From positions 576,001 to 640,000 of the forward strand of contig JBMNLH010000001.1 of assembly GCA_050952625.1 (NCBI GenBank): a stretch of 64,000 bases of DNA. The letters run 5' to 3'. Below the pieces are notes generated by a model that searched no databases, was not told the DNA's origin, and saw nothing but the letters and a program-made list of their open reading frames with translations. Made by a program: the position numbers and the translations under genes. Of this stretch, positions 20,453 to 30,135 are shown in pieces. Numbering within the stretch: position 1 is the first letter of the stretch; each line of letters opens with the position of its first letter. Source of the stretch: Bacillota bacterium (GTDB taxonomy: Bacteria > Bacillota > Ch66 > Ch109).

Positions 20453-22684
20453 ATGATGCACAGGATAATTAAGCGCAGGATAATTGTGTTTCTCCAAATC
20501 GCCTTACTGCTGATGATGTGTTTTCCGGCTGTTGTAATGGCAGATAGTTCACCTCAAATAAGTGTGTCGTTGAGTAAAACTACGGCACCAGTTGGCGATA
20601 GCGTGACCGTTTCCGGTACAACGGCATCAGGCGCATGGGTCCCCCTTAAAGTGATTGACGAGGCAGGAAATATAGTAGTATTCGATGCCGGAAAGGCAGA
20701 TCCGAGCGGTAATTACAGTATTGGTTTCATTGTGCCAGCCAGTGCTTCCGGTACATTAACGGTTGTTGTCGGGGAAGGCAGTGGAGTGGCGACCAGTCCC
20801 CTGACTGTGGGAACCGCAGCACCGAAAGCTTCACCAACAAGCGGGTCAGTAGGTACCGGCACTAAAGTGACCTTAATGTCTACAACCGTTGGGGCGAAGA
20901 TTTTCTACACCCTAGATGGCAGTATCCCAACTCAAAACAGCGTAGAATATACCGGTCCAATTACTATTAATGAGTCTGTTACCATCAAGGCCATCGCCAT
21001 TAAGGCTGGTATGAGTGCCAGTACCGTGCTGACCGAGTCGTATACAGTTATTGAATCGATAGTAGATGAAGAAGTAGAGGTTACCGATTCTAATAAGGAA
21101 CTGGCTATAACCGAGGAAACAAAAAGCCTGGGTACCCTCGTCCAAATCAGCGTGCTTGATAACGTGAATGATGCAAAGATCAGTGTCAGTGCGCTTATGA
21201 ATCCCCCTGAATCTGGCATGGTGACCACCAGTGAATTGCCTGCCCTGAACATAGCAGCCACTGACACTTCTTTCAGTTCTGCTCCCATTCAGGTAGCAAT
21301 ACCGGCCGGAGCAAAAATAAGTGCGCCGGAAGGCTGGAACGGCACCATTAACGTTCCTACTGTTCAGCCGGCTAATACGGTAACAATCGATCCGGATCCT
21401 GGCCAAAAGGTCACCGTCAATAGCGTAATCGAGGTTGGCTATGGTGACATACCACTGACTTTTGACAAAGCCGTGCGCCTTGCCATCCCCGGCCAGGCCG
21501 GCAAGGATGCGGGCTACTACCGAAACGGTGAGTTTACTAAAATCCCCAGTTTACCGTCAAATGCTCAGGATGACCAAGACTGGGCGGATGCTAACATAGC
21601 TCCCGGTAAGGATGGCAAGATGGATGTCGGTTCGGACCTAGTCATTTGGACCAAGCACTTCACCAAGTTTGTCAGCTATACGCAGACTGCCACCGGTAGC
21701 CCAGGTGGCGGCGGTGGTGGCACTCCACCATCAAAGGCGGTTACCTCCACTACCGGGTCGGCCAAAGTTACCCCCAGTGCTGGTGGCACCATCAGCCTCG
21801 GAGATGAGGCTACTATTAAAATACCGGCCAATGCCTTAGCCGGAACCAATGCTGTGGAAGTGAAAGTTACAAAAGTGACTGCCCCTCCCGCCGTACCGGC
21901 CGGCTTTAGGCTAGCGGGCAGCGTTTACGAGTTCAGTGTGGGCGGTAAAGATAGCTATAGCTTTGATAAGGAAGTGACTATCACTCTTAGTTTCGATCCC
22001 AATGCTCTCAAACCGGGTGAGACTCCGGCCATTTACTATTACGATCAAAATGCAAAGAAGTGGGTCAAACTTGGCGGTGAGGCAACTGACAACGCCGTAA
22101 CTGTAAAAGTGGATCACTTTACCCAGTTTGCCGTAATGGCGGAGCCGGCCTCGCTAGATCAAACCTTAACCGACATTACCGGCCATTGGGCGGAAAACCG
22201 GATTAAAGAACTGGTTGACCTCGGGGCTATCAGCGGTTACCCAGACGGCACCTTCAGGCCGGACAATAACATCACCCGGGCTGAATTTGCCACGATTCTG
22301 GTCAAAGCGTTTAAACTCGAACCGCAAAGCGGCAAGGTCTTTGCCGATACTACCAGCCACTGGGCTAAAGACACCATCGCTACAGCCGCAGCTTACGGCA
22401 TCGTTAACGGTTATGACGGTAATACCTTTGGCCCTAATGATCTGATTACTCGTGAGCAAATGGCCGCCATGATGGTGAATGCGCTCAAACTAACGCCGGT
22501 GACAGAAGAAATCTCGTTTATAGACAGCGGCAGCATCTCGGGCTGGGCTAGGGCAGCTGTGACCACAGCAGTGAATAACGGGTTAATCAACGGCTACCCT
22601 GATAACACCATCCGTCCCCAGGGCCAGGCTACCCGGGCTGAAGCGGCAACAATCATGGTGAATGCGTTACAAGTAAGAGGGTAA
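20453..22684 (+). CDS. S-layer (3x SLH) scaffold-like protein with Ig-like, FN3-associated and ZU5-like domains
   Basis: Signal peptide, FYTLDGSIPT and WTKHFT. Its SLH repeats are nearly identical to those of 3588-7286. Confidence 0.8.
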   Translation: MMHRIIKRRIIVFLQIALLLMMCFPAVVMADSSPQISVSLSKTTAPVGDSVTVSGTTASGAWVPLKVIDEAGNIVVFDAGKADPSGNYSIGFIVPASASGTLTVVVGEGSGVATSPLTVGTAAPKASPTSGSVGTGTKVTLMSTTVGAKIFYTLDGSIPTQNSVEYTGPITINESVTIKAIAIKAGMSASTVLTESYTVIESIVDEEVEVTDSNKELAITEETKSLGTLVQISVLDNVNDAKISVSALMNPPESGMVTTSELPALNIAATDTSFSSAPIQVAIPAGAKISAPEGWNGTINVPTVQPANTVTIDPDPGQKVTVNSVIEVGYGDIPLTFDKAVRLAIPGQAGKDAGYYRNGEFTKIPSLPSNAQDDQDWADANIAPGKDGKMDVGSDLVIWTKHFTKFVSYTQTATGSPGGGGGGTPPSKAVTSTTGSAKVTPSAGGTISLGDEATIKIPANALAGTNAVEVKVTKVTAPPAVPAGFRLAGSVYEFSVGGKDSYSFDKEVTITLSFDPNALKPGETPAIYYYDQNAKKWVKLGGEATDNAVTVKVDHFTQFAVMAEPASLDQTLTDITGHWAENRIKELVDLGAISGYPDGTFRPDNNITRAEFATILVKAFKLEPQSGKVFADTTSHWAKDTIATAAAYGIVNGYDGNTFGPNDLITREQMAAMMVNALKLTPVTEEISFIDSGSISGWARAAVTTAVNNGLINGYPDNTIRPQGQATRAEAATIMVNALQVRG

Positions 22685-22752
22685 GCAGGTTCAGAAGCTA
22701 GATAAATACTGAAGCGAAATCAAATCAAAATATCCGAGGGACCTTTCTCGAC

Positions 22753-22782
22753 GGCGGAGAAAAAAGAAATTTTTTCTCCGCC
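22753..22782. terminator. strong stem-loop (terminator or mRNA stabiliser)
   Basis: GGCGGAGAAAAAA-loop-TTTTTTCTCCGCC. Confidence 0.5.
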
Positions 22783-22906
22783 CAACTTCTGTCTGATCCT
22801 ATTAACGTTTTCTTAACAGATTTTATTACATTAGTAGCCACTTTTGTCTGATCCCTATAAACCTTATAGGATAAATTAGGATAATATAGTTAGGGAGGCA
22901 TCCTGG

Positions 22907-23467
22907 ATGCAGCGTTTTTATTTATGGAAAGAAAAAGCAGCCGTTGTTGCTTTGTTGTTGTTTTTGGCCGTTTGCGGCTTAGGATGTGGCGGTACTCCGG
23001 CCGAGAAAGCTGTTCCCGGCGTATTGTTTATTGAGGGTAATGGTGTTGAGGGTAAAGTTTCCATCACCCTGGAGGAGTTAAAATCTATGCCGGATGGTCT
23101 GGTAGAAGCTGATTATTTCTCGATTAATTCATATGGGACCAAAAAATATTTTCATTTTAAAGGTATTTGGGTGTGGCATGTTTTAAGGGAAAAGGTTACT
23201 TTGAAGGATTCTGCTGCCAAGGTTGCCTTTATCGCAGAGGATGGCTATAAGGTGGAATATACCCTGGAAGAGGTAAAGCGGGAAGATTATATCGACGAAC
23301 AAAACCCCGAGACAAAATACAAGATGATCCTGGCCTGGGAAGAAAACGGACGGGAATATGACCTGGATAATGGCAATCCCTTTCAACTGGTCGTTGGGCA
23401 GCGAGAGCCCGGGGATGTAAACAAACCCTACTGGGTCCGGAATATAAAGACCATCCGCATTGATTGA
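22907..23467 (+). CDS. lipoprotein with an Oxidored_molyb-like domain
   Basis: Lipobox-like GLGC, then YFSINSYG..FKGI.V..VL..A..V.F.AEDGY...ILAWEENG..PFQLVVGQ..WVRNIKTI. Confidence 0.75.
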   Translation: MQRFYLWKEKAAVVALLLFLAVCGLGCGGTPAEKAVPGVLFIEGNGVEGKVSITLEELKSMPDGLVEADYFSINSYGTKKYFHFKGIWVWHVLREKVTLKDSAAKVAFIAEDGYKVEYTLEEVKREDYIDEQNPETKYKMILAWEENGREYDLDNGNPFQLVVGQREPGDVNKPYWVRNIKTIRID

Positions 23468-23547
23468 GCCGAGCCTGACCGGCCGGGTAGGAGGTTATCT
23501 GAAGCGAAAGACTCCAACGACGTTCACACAGGGAGGGTCTAAACCAT

Positions 23548-24631
23548 ATGGAAGAAAAAATAAATGGCCAAAGGAAATACTACCTGAGCAACCGGGACCT
23601 GTTGATTATCGCGGTATTGAGCGGTATCGGAGGGGTGATGAGCACCTATATCGGCTATTTGGGCAATTTGTTAAACCGCGTTTTCGGCGTTCCCTTCGGT
23701 GCCGGGCAGTTTGTGTCCGGTCTGCACGTTTTTTGGTTCATCCTGGTAGCGGGGCTGGTCAGGAGGCCCGGTGCCGCTACGGCCGCTGGCTTGCTCAAAG
23801 GAGTAATCGAACTGCTCACCGGTAGCACCCATGGGGTTGTGATAGTCCTGATTTCTCTGATCCAGGGGTTGCTGGTCGATGTTGTCCTGCTGCTTACCCG
23901 GCGGCACAATTTACTAAGTTACATGTTGGCTGGCGGAGTGGCGGCTGCATCGAATGTATTTGCCTTTCAACTCCTCTATTTTTCCGGTGCTCCCATGACC
24001 TACCTTCTCCTAATTGGCCTTATGGCCCTTGTTTCAGGTGCTCTTCTGGCGGGCAGCTTCGGACACAGCGTCCTGGAGGTTGTGCACCAGGCCAGACCCT
24101 TTCGTTTTGCGGGTGGATCAGAGGAAGAGCTGGCCGCCGGAGTCACACCAAATGGTGCTAAGAAAAGACTCACCCCCCGTTGCCGGCTGGCAGTCACTAC
24201 CCTGCTGCTGGTGGTGTTCGCGAGTGGGGCGGTTTATTACTTTGTCGCGGTCTTTGAACCTCCCTGGGTAGGGGCCTCGTTGTCAAGTAGCAGGGGCAGT
24301 GCAAAAACCTCTATCTTTTCAGCTCTCCGACTTCGACCAGTATGAAACGACCATAACCGCTGAATTAAAGGGACAGGTTAGTTACGTTCCGCCCCAGGAG
24401 TATACTGGTATACCCTTAAGGATAATTCTTCAGGAGGCCTCGCCTTTGGATGAAGCGAAAAAGCTTAGGGTCATGGCCACCGACGGCTATGAGGTGGAGT
24501 TTGAACTGGAAAAAGTATTTAATGACGATCAGATGCTGCTGATCCGAGAAGGGGATATGCTGCGCCTGATTGCTGGCAATTACGATGGCGGATACTGGGT
24601 GAAGCTGGTTAACCGGATAATCGTGGAGTGA
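23548..24631 (+). CDS. ECF transporter S component (YkoE-like) fused to a C-terminal Oxidored_molyb-like domain; one frameshift
   Basis: Multi-TM protein with LVRRPGAA..LLKGVIELL.G and QGLLVD. Removing one G at 24271-24274 joins it to PRCQVAGAVQKP..YTGIPL..ATDGY..LRLI..YWVKLV. Confidence 0.75.
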
Positions 24632-24821
24632 ACTCGTTTCGGCTTCGTTGAACATCTAGCTCGGGGCTTCAGATGAACTCCTCCTGAAGTTTACACATTG
24701 CAACTACTCATGCATCAAGGATACAACCACCTATGATAATAGTGGCCATATGTCATCCTGAGCGTTAGCACTATTTATCAATAACCACTTATAGAAATGA
24801 AAGTCTTTTGATTCAGATAAG
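24629..24821 (+). mobile_element. small MITE-like element (family A) with a nested family-B/REP fragment
   Basis: TGAACTCGTT..GCT..TGAACATC..CTTCAG..CTGAAG..CTTATAGAA..GTCTTTTGATTCAGATAA, shared with 30329 and 48705. The insert at 24701-24769 is the reverse complement of family B. Confidence 0.6.
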
Positions 24822-24848
24822 CTCTTCTGTTAGCTGGAAGGAGTTTTT

Positions 24849-26405
24849 ATGGTAGAACCGGTTGTTGACATTCAGGAACTCTCTTTTATTTATCTTGGTT
24901 CGAATTCTCCGGCCCTGGAAAAGATTAACCTGCAGGTCTACCCGGGCCAGTTTCTGACAATAACGGGTCCCAGCGGGTGCGGCAAATCCACGTTGGCTCT
25001 GTGCTTGGCTGGCTTTATCCCCCATGCTTATAGCGGGAAAATGGAGGGGACCGTCCGGATAAAGGGCAGAAACACCCGGGACTATCCCAGTGGCGGGCTC
25101 TCCGGCATAGTGGGTTTGGTGCAGCAGGATCCGGAGGCCCAGCTTTGTACCCTGACAGTGAGCGATGAGGTGGCCTTTGGGCCGGAAAACCTGTGTATCC
25201 CGCCAGAAGAGATCCAAGCGCGATGCTATTTTGCCTTGCAAGCGGTAGGTGCCCTGGATTTAAAGGATAGAAAAGTGTACACACTTTCCGGAGGCGAAAA
25301 ACAACGGGTGGCGATTGCCTCTGTGCTGGCGATGAATCCGTCGCTGCTTATCCTGGATGAACCGACAGCCAACCTGGATCCTTCTTGTACCAGGGAGGTG
25401 CTCCAAACTCTAAAAAAATTGAGAGAGGAACAGAAAATCTCGATTATTGTGATTGAGCATCGCCTGGAAAGACTTATCCCTATATCTGACCGCTTGTTGC
25501 TGATGGAAAAAGGAAAAATTATAGGGGAAAGCACGGCTAAAGAGTTCCCTAATAAATATTTCCCGGCCCTTAGCTCGACAGACACCAGCACTGTTTGGCC
25601 GCTGGAGAAACCATCAGCCCTTGAGAAGCAGGCCGAGAAAACGCCCCTTCTGACAATAAAGAATCTTAGAGCTGGGTATGAGGGAAGAAATGTTCTCTCG
25701 GGAATCAGTTTTTGCGCTTATCCCGGCGAAACCATTGCCCTCATGGGGAATAATGGGAGCGGTAAAACTACCCTTTTAATGGCCTTGCTGGGAGTGCTTA
25801 AACCTGAAGCAGGGACAATAATCAACCTTGAAGGACAAGATATAACCGGCGTCAAGGTTACCCGTCGTGCTCAGGACATGGGGCTTACCTTTCAAAATCC
25901 GAACCACCAGATTTTTGAACATACCGTGACTAAAGAAGCAACCCAGGCAGCCCGTTTTTTGAGTAAGAATGCCCAACCAGAAATTGAAGACAGAGTCAAT
26001 CGACTATTAGAAAGGTTCGAGTTGCGGCAATATCGAGATAAGAATCCCTTTACTTTGAGCTTGGGAGAAAAAAAGAGGCTGACTTTGGTTTCCCTTCTGG
26101 CGTATTCTCCCAGGATCTTAATCCTGGATGAGCCCCTCGTTGGTCAGGATAGGGACCGGCTTGACCTTCTTATCGCCGCGCTGCAGGAGCACCGGGCGCG
26201 AGGAGGAGTAACTTTGATGGTCTGCCATGAACCAAATGTGATTGCCTCCTGCTGTCAAAGGGTTCTTTTCCTGGCCAATGGAAAGCTGATCATTGATGCC
26301 CCGGTGAATATAGCCCTGGCAGAATTGGCCCAATTAGGGATGGAAGAGTATTTGCCTTCTGGGTATGAATTTTCTTCATCAGGTGAAAGAAGGTCAGACA
26401 GATGA
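24849..26405 (+). CDS. ECF transporter fused dual ATPase (EcfAA', YkoD-like)
   Basis: GPSGCGKST, LSGGEKQRVA, LDEPT; second cassette GNNGSGKTT, LSLGEKKR, LDEP. Confidence 0.9.
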   Translation: MVEPVVDIQELSFIYLGSNSPALEKINLQVYPGQFLTITGPSGCGKSTLALCLAGFIPHAYSGKMEGTVRIKGRNTRDYPSGGLSGIVGLVQQDPEAQLCTLTVSDEVAFGPENLCIPPEEIQARCYFALQAVGALDLKDRKVYTLSGGEKQRVAIASVLAMNPSLLILDEPTANLDPSCTREVLQTLKKLREEQKISIIVIEHRLERLIPISDRLLLMEKGKIIGESTAKEFPNKYFPALSSTDTSTVWPLEKPSALEKQAEKTPLLTIKNLRAGYEGRNVLSGISFCAYPGETIALMGNNGSGKTTLLMALLGVLKPEAGTIINLEGQDITGVKVTRRAQDMGLTFQNPNHQIFEHTVTKEATQAARFLSKNAQPEIEDRVNRLLERFELRQYRDKNPFTLSLGEKKRLTLVSLLAYSPRILILDEPLVGQDRDRLDLLIAALQEHRARGGVTLMVCHEPNVIASCCQRVLFLANGKLIIDAPVNIALAELAQLGMEEYLPSGYEFSSSGERRSDR

Positions 26406-27241
26406 GTTTTTATCGTAATACTGTCCAGAACCGGATGGCCTCTGTTGTAAAGGGATTTTTCCCCGGCCTGACCTATGTGGATCAATGTTCCCGGTTGCAC
26501 CGGGTTCATCCTTTGGTCAAATTGGTTTTGCTTCTTAGCTTCAGCTTAACTGTTTTTGCTGTACCTTCTTGCCTCGGGGGAATTATTCTTTTCGGCCTGC
26601 TGCTTATCGGTTATGGTTTGGCCGGATTAGGCCTGGGCTTTTTTACGCGCAAGCTTCGCTTTATTCTTGTTTTTGGCCTGTTTATTTTCCTGATCCAGCT
26701 TATTGCGGTCAAAGAAGGCGTTTTGCTCTGGCAATTGTTCCTGGGGCCGATATACTTTTCAGTTTGGTCAGAAGGCCTTTTCGGCGGCTTAAGGATGATG
26801 CTGCGCTTGGTTAATATTATTGGTTCCAGTTATCTATTTGTCGCTACGACCGATCCGAACCGGCTCGCTTATGCCCTGATGCAGGCCGGGCTACCGTACC
26901 GGTTTGGCTTTATGCTCATTACCGCCCTGCGTTTTATTCCTATTTTTCAACTGGAACTGGAGCAGGTGAGGAATGCGCAAATGGCTAAAGGAATTGAAAT
27001 GGAGGGGCTTTCGCCGCGGAAACTCTTAAGGGCGGTCCGGTATCTGCTGGTACCGTTGGTGATATCTACGTTAAGCAAGGTTGATTATCTGACCATTTCG
27101 ATGGAGAGCCGGGCTTTTGGCCTCTATCCGGCAAGAAGTTACCAGCATTCCCAGGCCTTATCGAGGAATGATAAAATAGCCCTCTTTGTAGTTCCTCTTT
27201 TTTTTGGCCTTTTTACTTTCTTTCTAAACTACCTAAAGTGA
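26402..27241 (+). CDS. ecfT: ECF transporter transmembrane T component
   Basis: LHRVHPLVKL, ALRFIP, AQMAKG and MESRAF coupling motifs. Confidence 0.88.
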   Translation: MSFYRNTVQNRMASVVKGFFPGLTYVDQCSRLHRVHPLVKLVLLLSFSLTVFAVPSCLGGIILFGLLLIGYGLAGLGLGFFTRKLRFILVFGLFIFLIQLIAVKEGVLLWQLFLGPIYFSVWSEGLFGGLRMMLRLVNIIGSSYLFVATTDPNRLAYALMQAGLPYRFGFMLITALRFIPIFQLELEQVRNAQMAKGIEMEGLSPRKLLRAVRYLLVPLVISTLSKVDYLTISMESRAFGLYPARSYQHSQALSRNDKIALFVVPLFFGLFTFFLNYLK

Positions 27242-27372
27242 AACCGATATTCGCCATATAAAAAAATGAACGCCAGGGAAAAGCGACTCCCAGTGTTTTG
27301 ACATTTTTGTACGATTCCTGAAAGCTTTGATCAAGCGGTTTTACTGGTTTTATTAATCAAAAAAGTTATTGG

Positions 27373-27399
27373 GAAGGAAATCCAAGCCAGATATGGAAT
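27373..27399 (+). promoter_or_regulatory. SigH-like promoter
   Basis: GAAGGAAAT...GAAT (AGGA-N17-GAAT). Confidence 0.4.
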
Positions 27400-27542
27400 A
27401 ATAAAGAGAGAGCATAGAAATTTATTGCTTAAGACAAACTAATATAATAGTTGATTAGAGAGGTTTTTTTATTTCTGGTGGCCTTATGCTGTCTAATATG
27501 TTATCTGGCACTGAAGGGAACGATCAGCAGGGGGTGTGAAAA

Positions 27543-29447
27543 ATGGAAAAGTTACTGGTCGCGGCAATTCAATACGAGCCCGCTATGTTTGCCTATGAAG
27601 TCAACCGGGAAGAGCTTTATCACCTGACGGAAAAGGCAGCCGCCAGCGGAGCCAAGATTATTGTCCTGCCCGAAATGGCGACAACTGGTTATGGCTGGTC
27701 CAATCGGTGGGAACTAGCACCGTATGTGGAAACGATTCCCGGACCAACCACTGAGCTTTTCTCGAAAATTACCCGAGAGTATGGCTGTTATGTAGTAATT
27801 GGTCTGGCAGAAGTTGACCCAGTAACTGGTATTTACTATAATGCCGCCGCCTTAGTTGGCCCGAACGGACTAGTGGGACGTTACCGCAAGACACATCTCT
27901 TTGTGGCTGATCCGCGATGGGCCGCTGTCGGGGATTTAGGGTTTCCGGTCTGGGAAACGGAGTTTGGCCGGCTGGGAATCGCTATTTGTCTGGATCTGGA
28001 GTTTCCGGAAGTCGCTCGAGTGCTAGCTTTGAAAGGAGCTCAGATCATAGCTTTCCCCTGTAACTGGTTGGGCGAAGTCTGTCCCTCCGGTATCTGGATG
28101 ACCCGAGCCTTGGAAAACGAGGTTTGTCTGGTGGCGGCTAATCGCTGGGGACGAGAGAGGGGGGTTAAATTTAGCGGCGGCAGTTGCGTTATTGGGCCGC
28201 AGGGGAATATCCTGGCTTTTCGGGGCAACGGCAATGGAGTTGTGGCTGCGGAGCTGTCTATACGTCTGACGAAGAGTGCTCCTGAACCGGCTTCCTCGGT
28301 GACAGAAAGTAATCAGGAACCGGAACGGCAGCTGGATCAGCAGACTGATGAGCAGAAGGAACTCCAGTTAAGGGAAGAATCTGCTTCTAGCACCCGGTTG
28401 GAACACAAACAGTTAGAGCCACTCGACGGTAGTTTTCGCCTGCCGGGAGATTATCTAATGAGACGAAGGCCGGACCTCTACCATCAGTTAATGTGCGCCG
28501 GCCATCTCTGGCGGCCAGAGACATTTTTTGGCCTTGACCGACACAGCCCACTCCCCGAAGGCCGTGAATCGCTCGTTGGATTAATTCAGTTTGAAGCCGT
28601 CCCAGGTAATCGAGATGCCAATCTAACGCGAATACAACAGTGGGTAACCCGGGCTAAGCAGGAGCAACCTGGGTTGCAGTTGTTAGTTTTCCCAGAACTG
28701 GCTAATACCGGTTTGGTAACGAATAAAATGTCAGAATTAGCTGAGTCAATTCCCGGCGCCACTTCCACCTTCTTAAGTCAAGTAGCAGTTGAACATGCCA
28801 TTTATCTGGCTTGGGGCATGGCTGAACGGGGAGAAGACGGATCGGTGTATATTACAGCCGTCTTAGCCGGTCCGGATGGTCGGATTTATACCTATCGAAA
28901 AGTTCATCTATTAGCCCGGGATGAGGTCTGGGCCCAACGGGGATCGGCTCTGCCTATGCCAATTGATACCTCACTTGGTCGAATTGGTCTGCTTCTGGGG
29001 ACCGACCTTCTTTTCCCCGAGGCAGCCCGCTGTCTGGCCAACCAGGGAGTGGATTTAATCGTAGTGCCGGCTGCTTTAGCCGGACCAGGGCCAGTCGGTC
29101 TTAGTCCAGAACAAAATTTAGAAATCTGTTCAGCTAAGATTAATGATCCCTACCACTGGTCAGTCTGGCGAGTCCGCGCCTGGGAAAACAGTGTATATTT
29201 AATAGTCGCCAATAAAGCCGGCAAAGGTGAAGTGCGGCGAGGTTTGAACCTGAGTGGGATCTTTGGCCCGATTGCCTACGAACGATCGGAGGCGGCTCAG
29301 GAAATCCTGACGGATTCGATGGAAGGTATGCTAGTTAAGACAATCAGTACTAGTCGTACTACGCGAGAGGGACGCCGGGTCCGGGCGAAGGATAATCTCC
29401 GACGCCGACAGATCGGTTTGTACCGGGAATTAGTGTTGCAGGGGTAG
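27543..29447 (+). CDS. tandem two-domain carbon-nitrogen hydrolase (nitrilase superfamily)
   Basis: Domain 1 has LPEM/YRKTH/AICLD; domain 2 has FPEL/YRKVH/LLGTD. Confidence 0.85.
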   Translation: MEKLLVAAIQYEPAMFAYEVNREELYHLTEKAAASGAKIIVLPEMATTGYGWSNRWELAPYVETIPGPTTELFSKITREYGCYVVIGLAEVDPVTGIYYNAAALVGPNGLVGRYRKTHLFVADPRWAAVGDLGFPVWETEFGRLGIAICLDLEFPEVARVLALKGAQIIAFPCNWLGEVCPSGIWMTRALENEVCLVAANRWGRERGVKFSGGSCVIGPQGNILAFRGNGNGVVAAELSIRLTKSAPEPASSVTESNQEPERQLDQQTDEQKELQLREESASSTRLEHKQLEPLDGSFRLPGDYLMRRRPDLYHQLMCAGHLWRPETFFGLDRHSPLPEGRESLVGLIQFEAVPGNRDANLTRIQQWVTRAKQEQPGLQLLVFPELANTGLVTNKMSELAESIPGATSTFLSQVAVEHAIYLAWGMAERGEDGSVYITAVLAGPDGRIYTYRKVHLLARDEVWAQRGSALPMPIDTSLGRIGLLLGTDLLFPEAARCLANQGVDLIVVPAALAGPGPVGLSPEQNLEICSAKINDPYHWSVWRVRAWENSVYLIVANKAGKGEVRRGLNLSGIFGPIAYERSEAAQEILTDSMEGMLVKTISTSRTTREGRRVRAKDNLRRRQIGLYRELVLQG

Positions 29448-29664
29448 CCAGAAGGTGCTCGCGATTAGATATTCGGGGCACCTTAAATGGTACCCCAACC
29501 TGGAGCTGCTATCTGGTTTACCGCAGCTATACTCAATATTCAGGTCACCTTAAACGGTGTCATAACTCAATGCTGGCATTTTAATGTCCGCACCCTGCTG
29601 GCCAGTTGGCTCAGGACAACTGGCACCGCGATGCTCTTGATGGGAAAAGGCTTAAATTACTAAT

Positions 29665-30135
29665 TTAAAAGTTAAATAATAAAGTAGCACTGAGCCCAGA
29701 GATTAATAAACCCGCTATTATGACCCCGAAAAATATAGCAATTAGTGAGTTCCAAAATTTTAACCCCAGAAATACAGCCGCGAAGGCTCCAGTCCAAGCC
29801 CCAGTGCCAGGGAGGGGGATGCCAACGAAAACCATTAGGCCTAACCATCCCCAGTGCTGTATTTTCTCGTGGAGTTTTTTACTCTTTTTATTTCCCAATC
29901 GAACGAGCCACTGATGAATACGCGGCAGGCTTTTAAGCCAATTCAGCAAATAGTTCATGCCGATCAGGATGAAAGGCACCGGCAGCATATTTCCGATAAG
30001 GGATAGAATCAACACTTTGCCAAGCGGCAGATTCATGGCTACGCCTAGGGGGATGGCCCCCCTTAGTTCTAGAATAGGGGTTGCCGCGGTGATTATTACC
30101 AGCCATTCCTCTTTCATTCGAGAACTCCTGAACAA
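29665..30135 (-). CDS. COG2426 small multi-drug export family membrane protein
   Basis: PILELRGAIP, GNMLPVP and FVGIPLPGTGAWTG. Confidence 0.85.
   Translation of the reverse strand: MFRSSRMKEEWLVIITAATPILELRGAIPLGVAMNLPLGKVLILSLIGNMLPVPFILIGMNYLLNWLKSLPRIHQWLVRLGNKKSKKLHEKIQHWGWLGLMVFVGIPLPGTGAWTGAFAAVFLGLKFWNSLIAIFFGVIIAGLLISGLSATLLFNF

Noticed and set aside
18511-23510. GAAGCGAAA motif recurring in three island intergenic regions (~18511, ~22711, ~23500)
   Set aside because: Too short, and I could see no shared flanking structure.
3588-24631. Reading the repeats as a set of active sulfite-oxidase/MsrP enzymes
   Set aside because: No evident Tat signals, no MsrQ or cytochrome partner, many copies lack the ligand Cys, and one copy is fused to an ECF S component. 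A binding role fits better, though catalysis is not excluded for the Cys copies.
23548-27241. Ordinary thiamine YkoEDC transporter, given nearby thiL/thiD/yjbQ
   Set aside because: No TPP riboswitch is seen upstream, the S component has a pterin-like domain, and the genes are co-oriented within the Moco-riboswitch island. This is not formally excluded.
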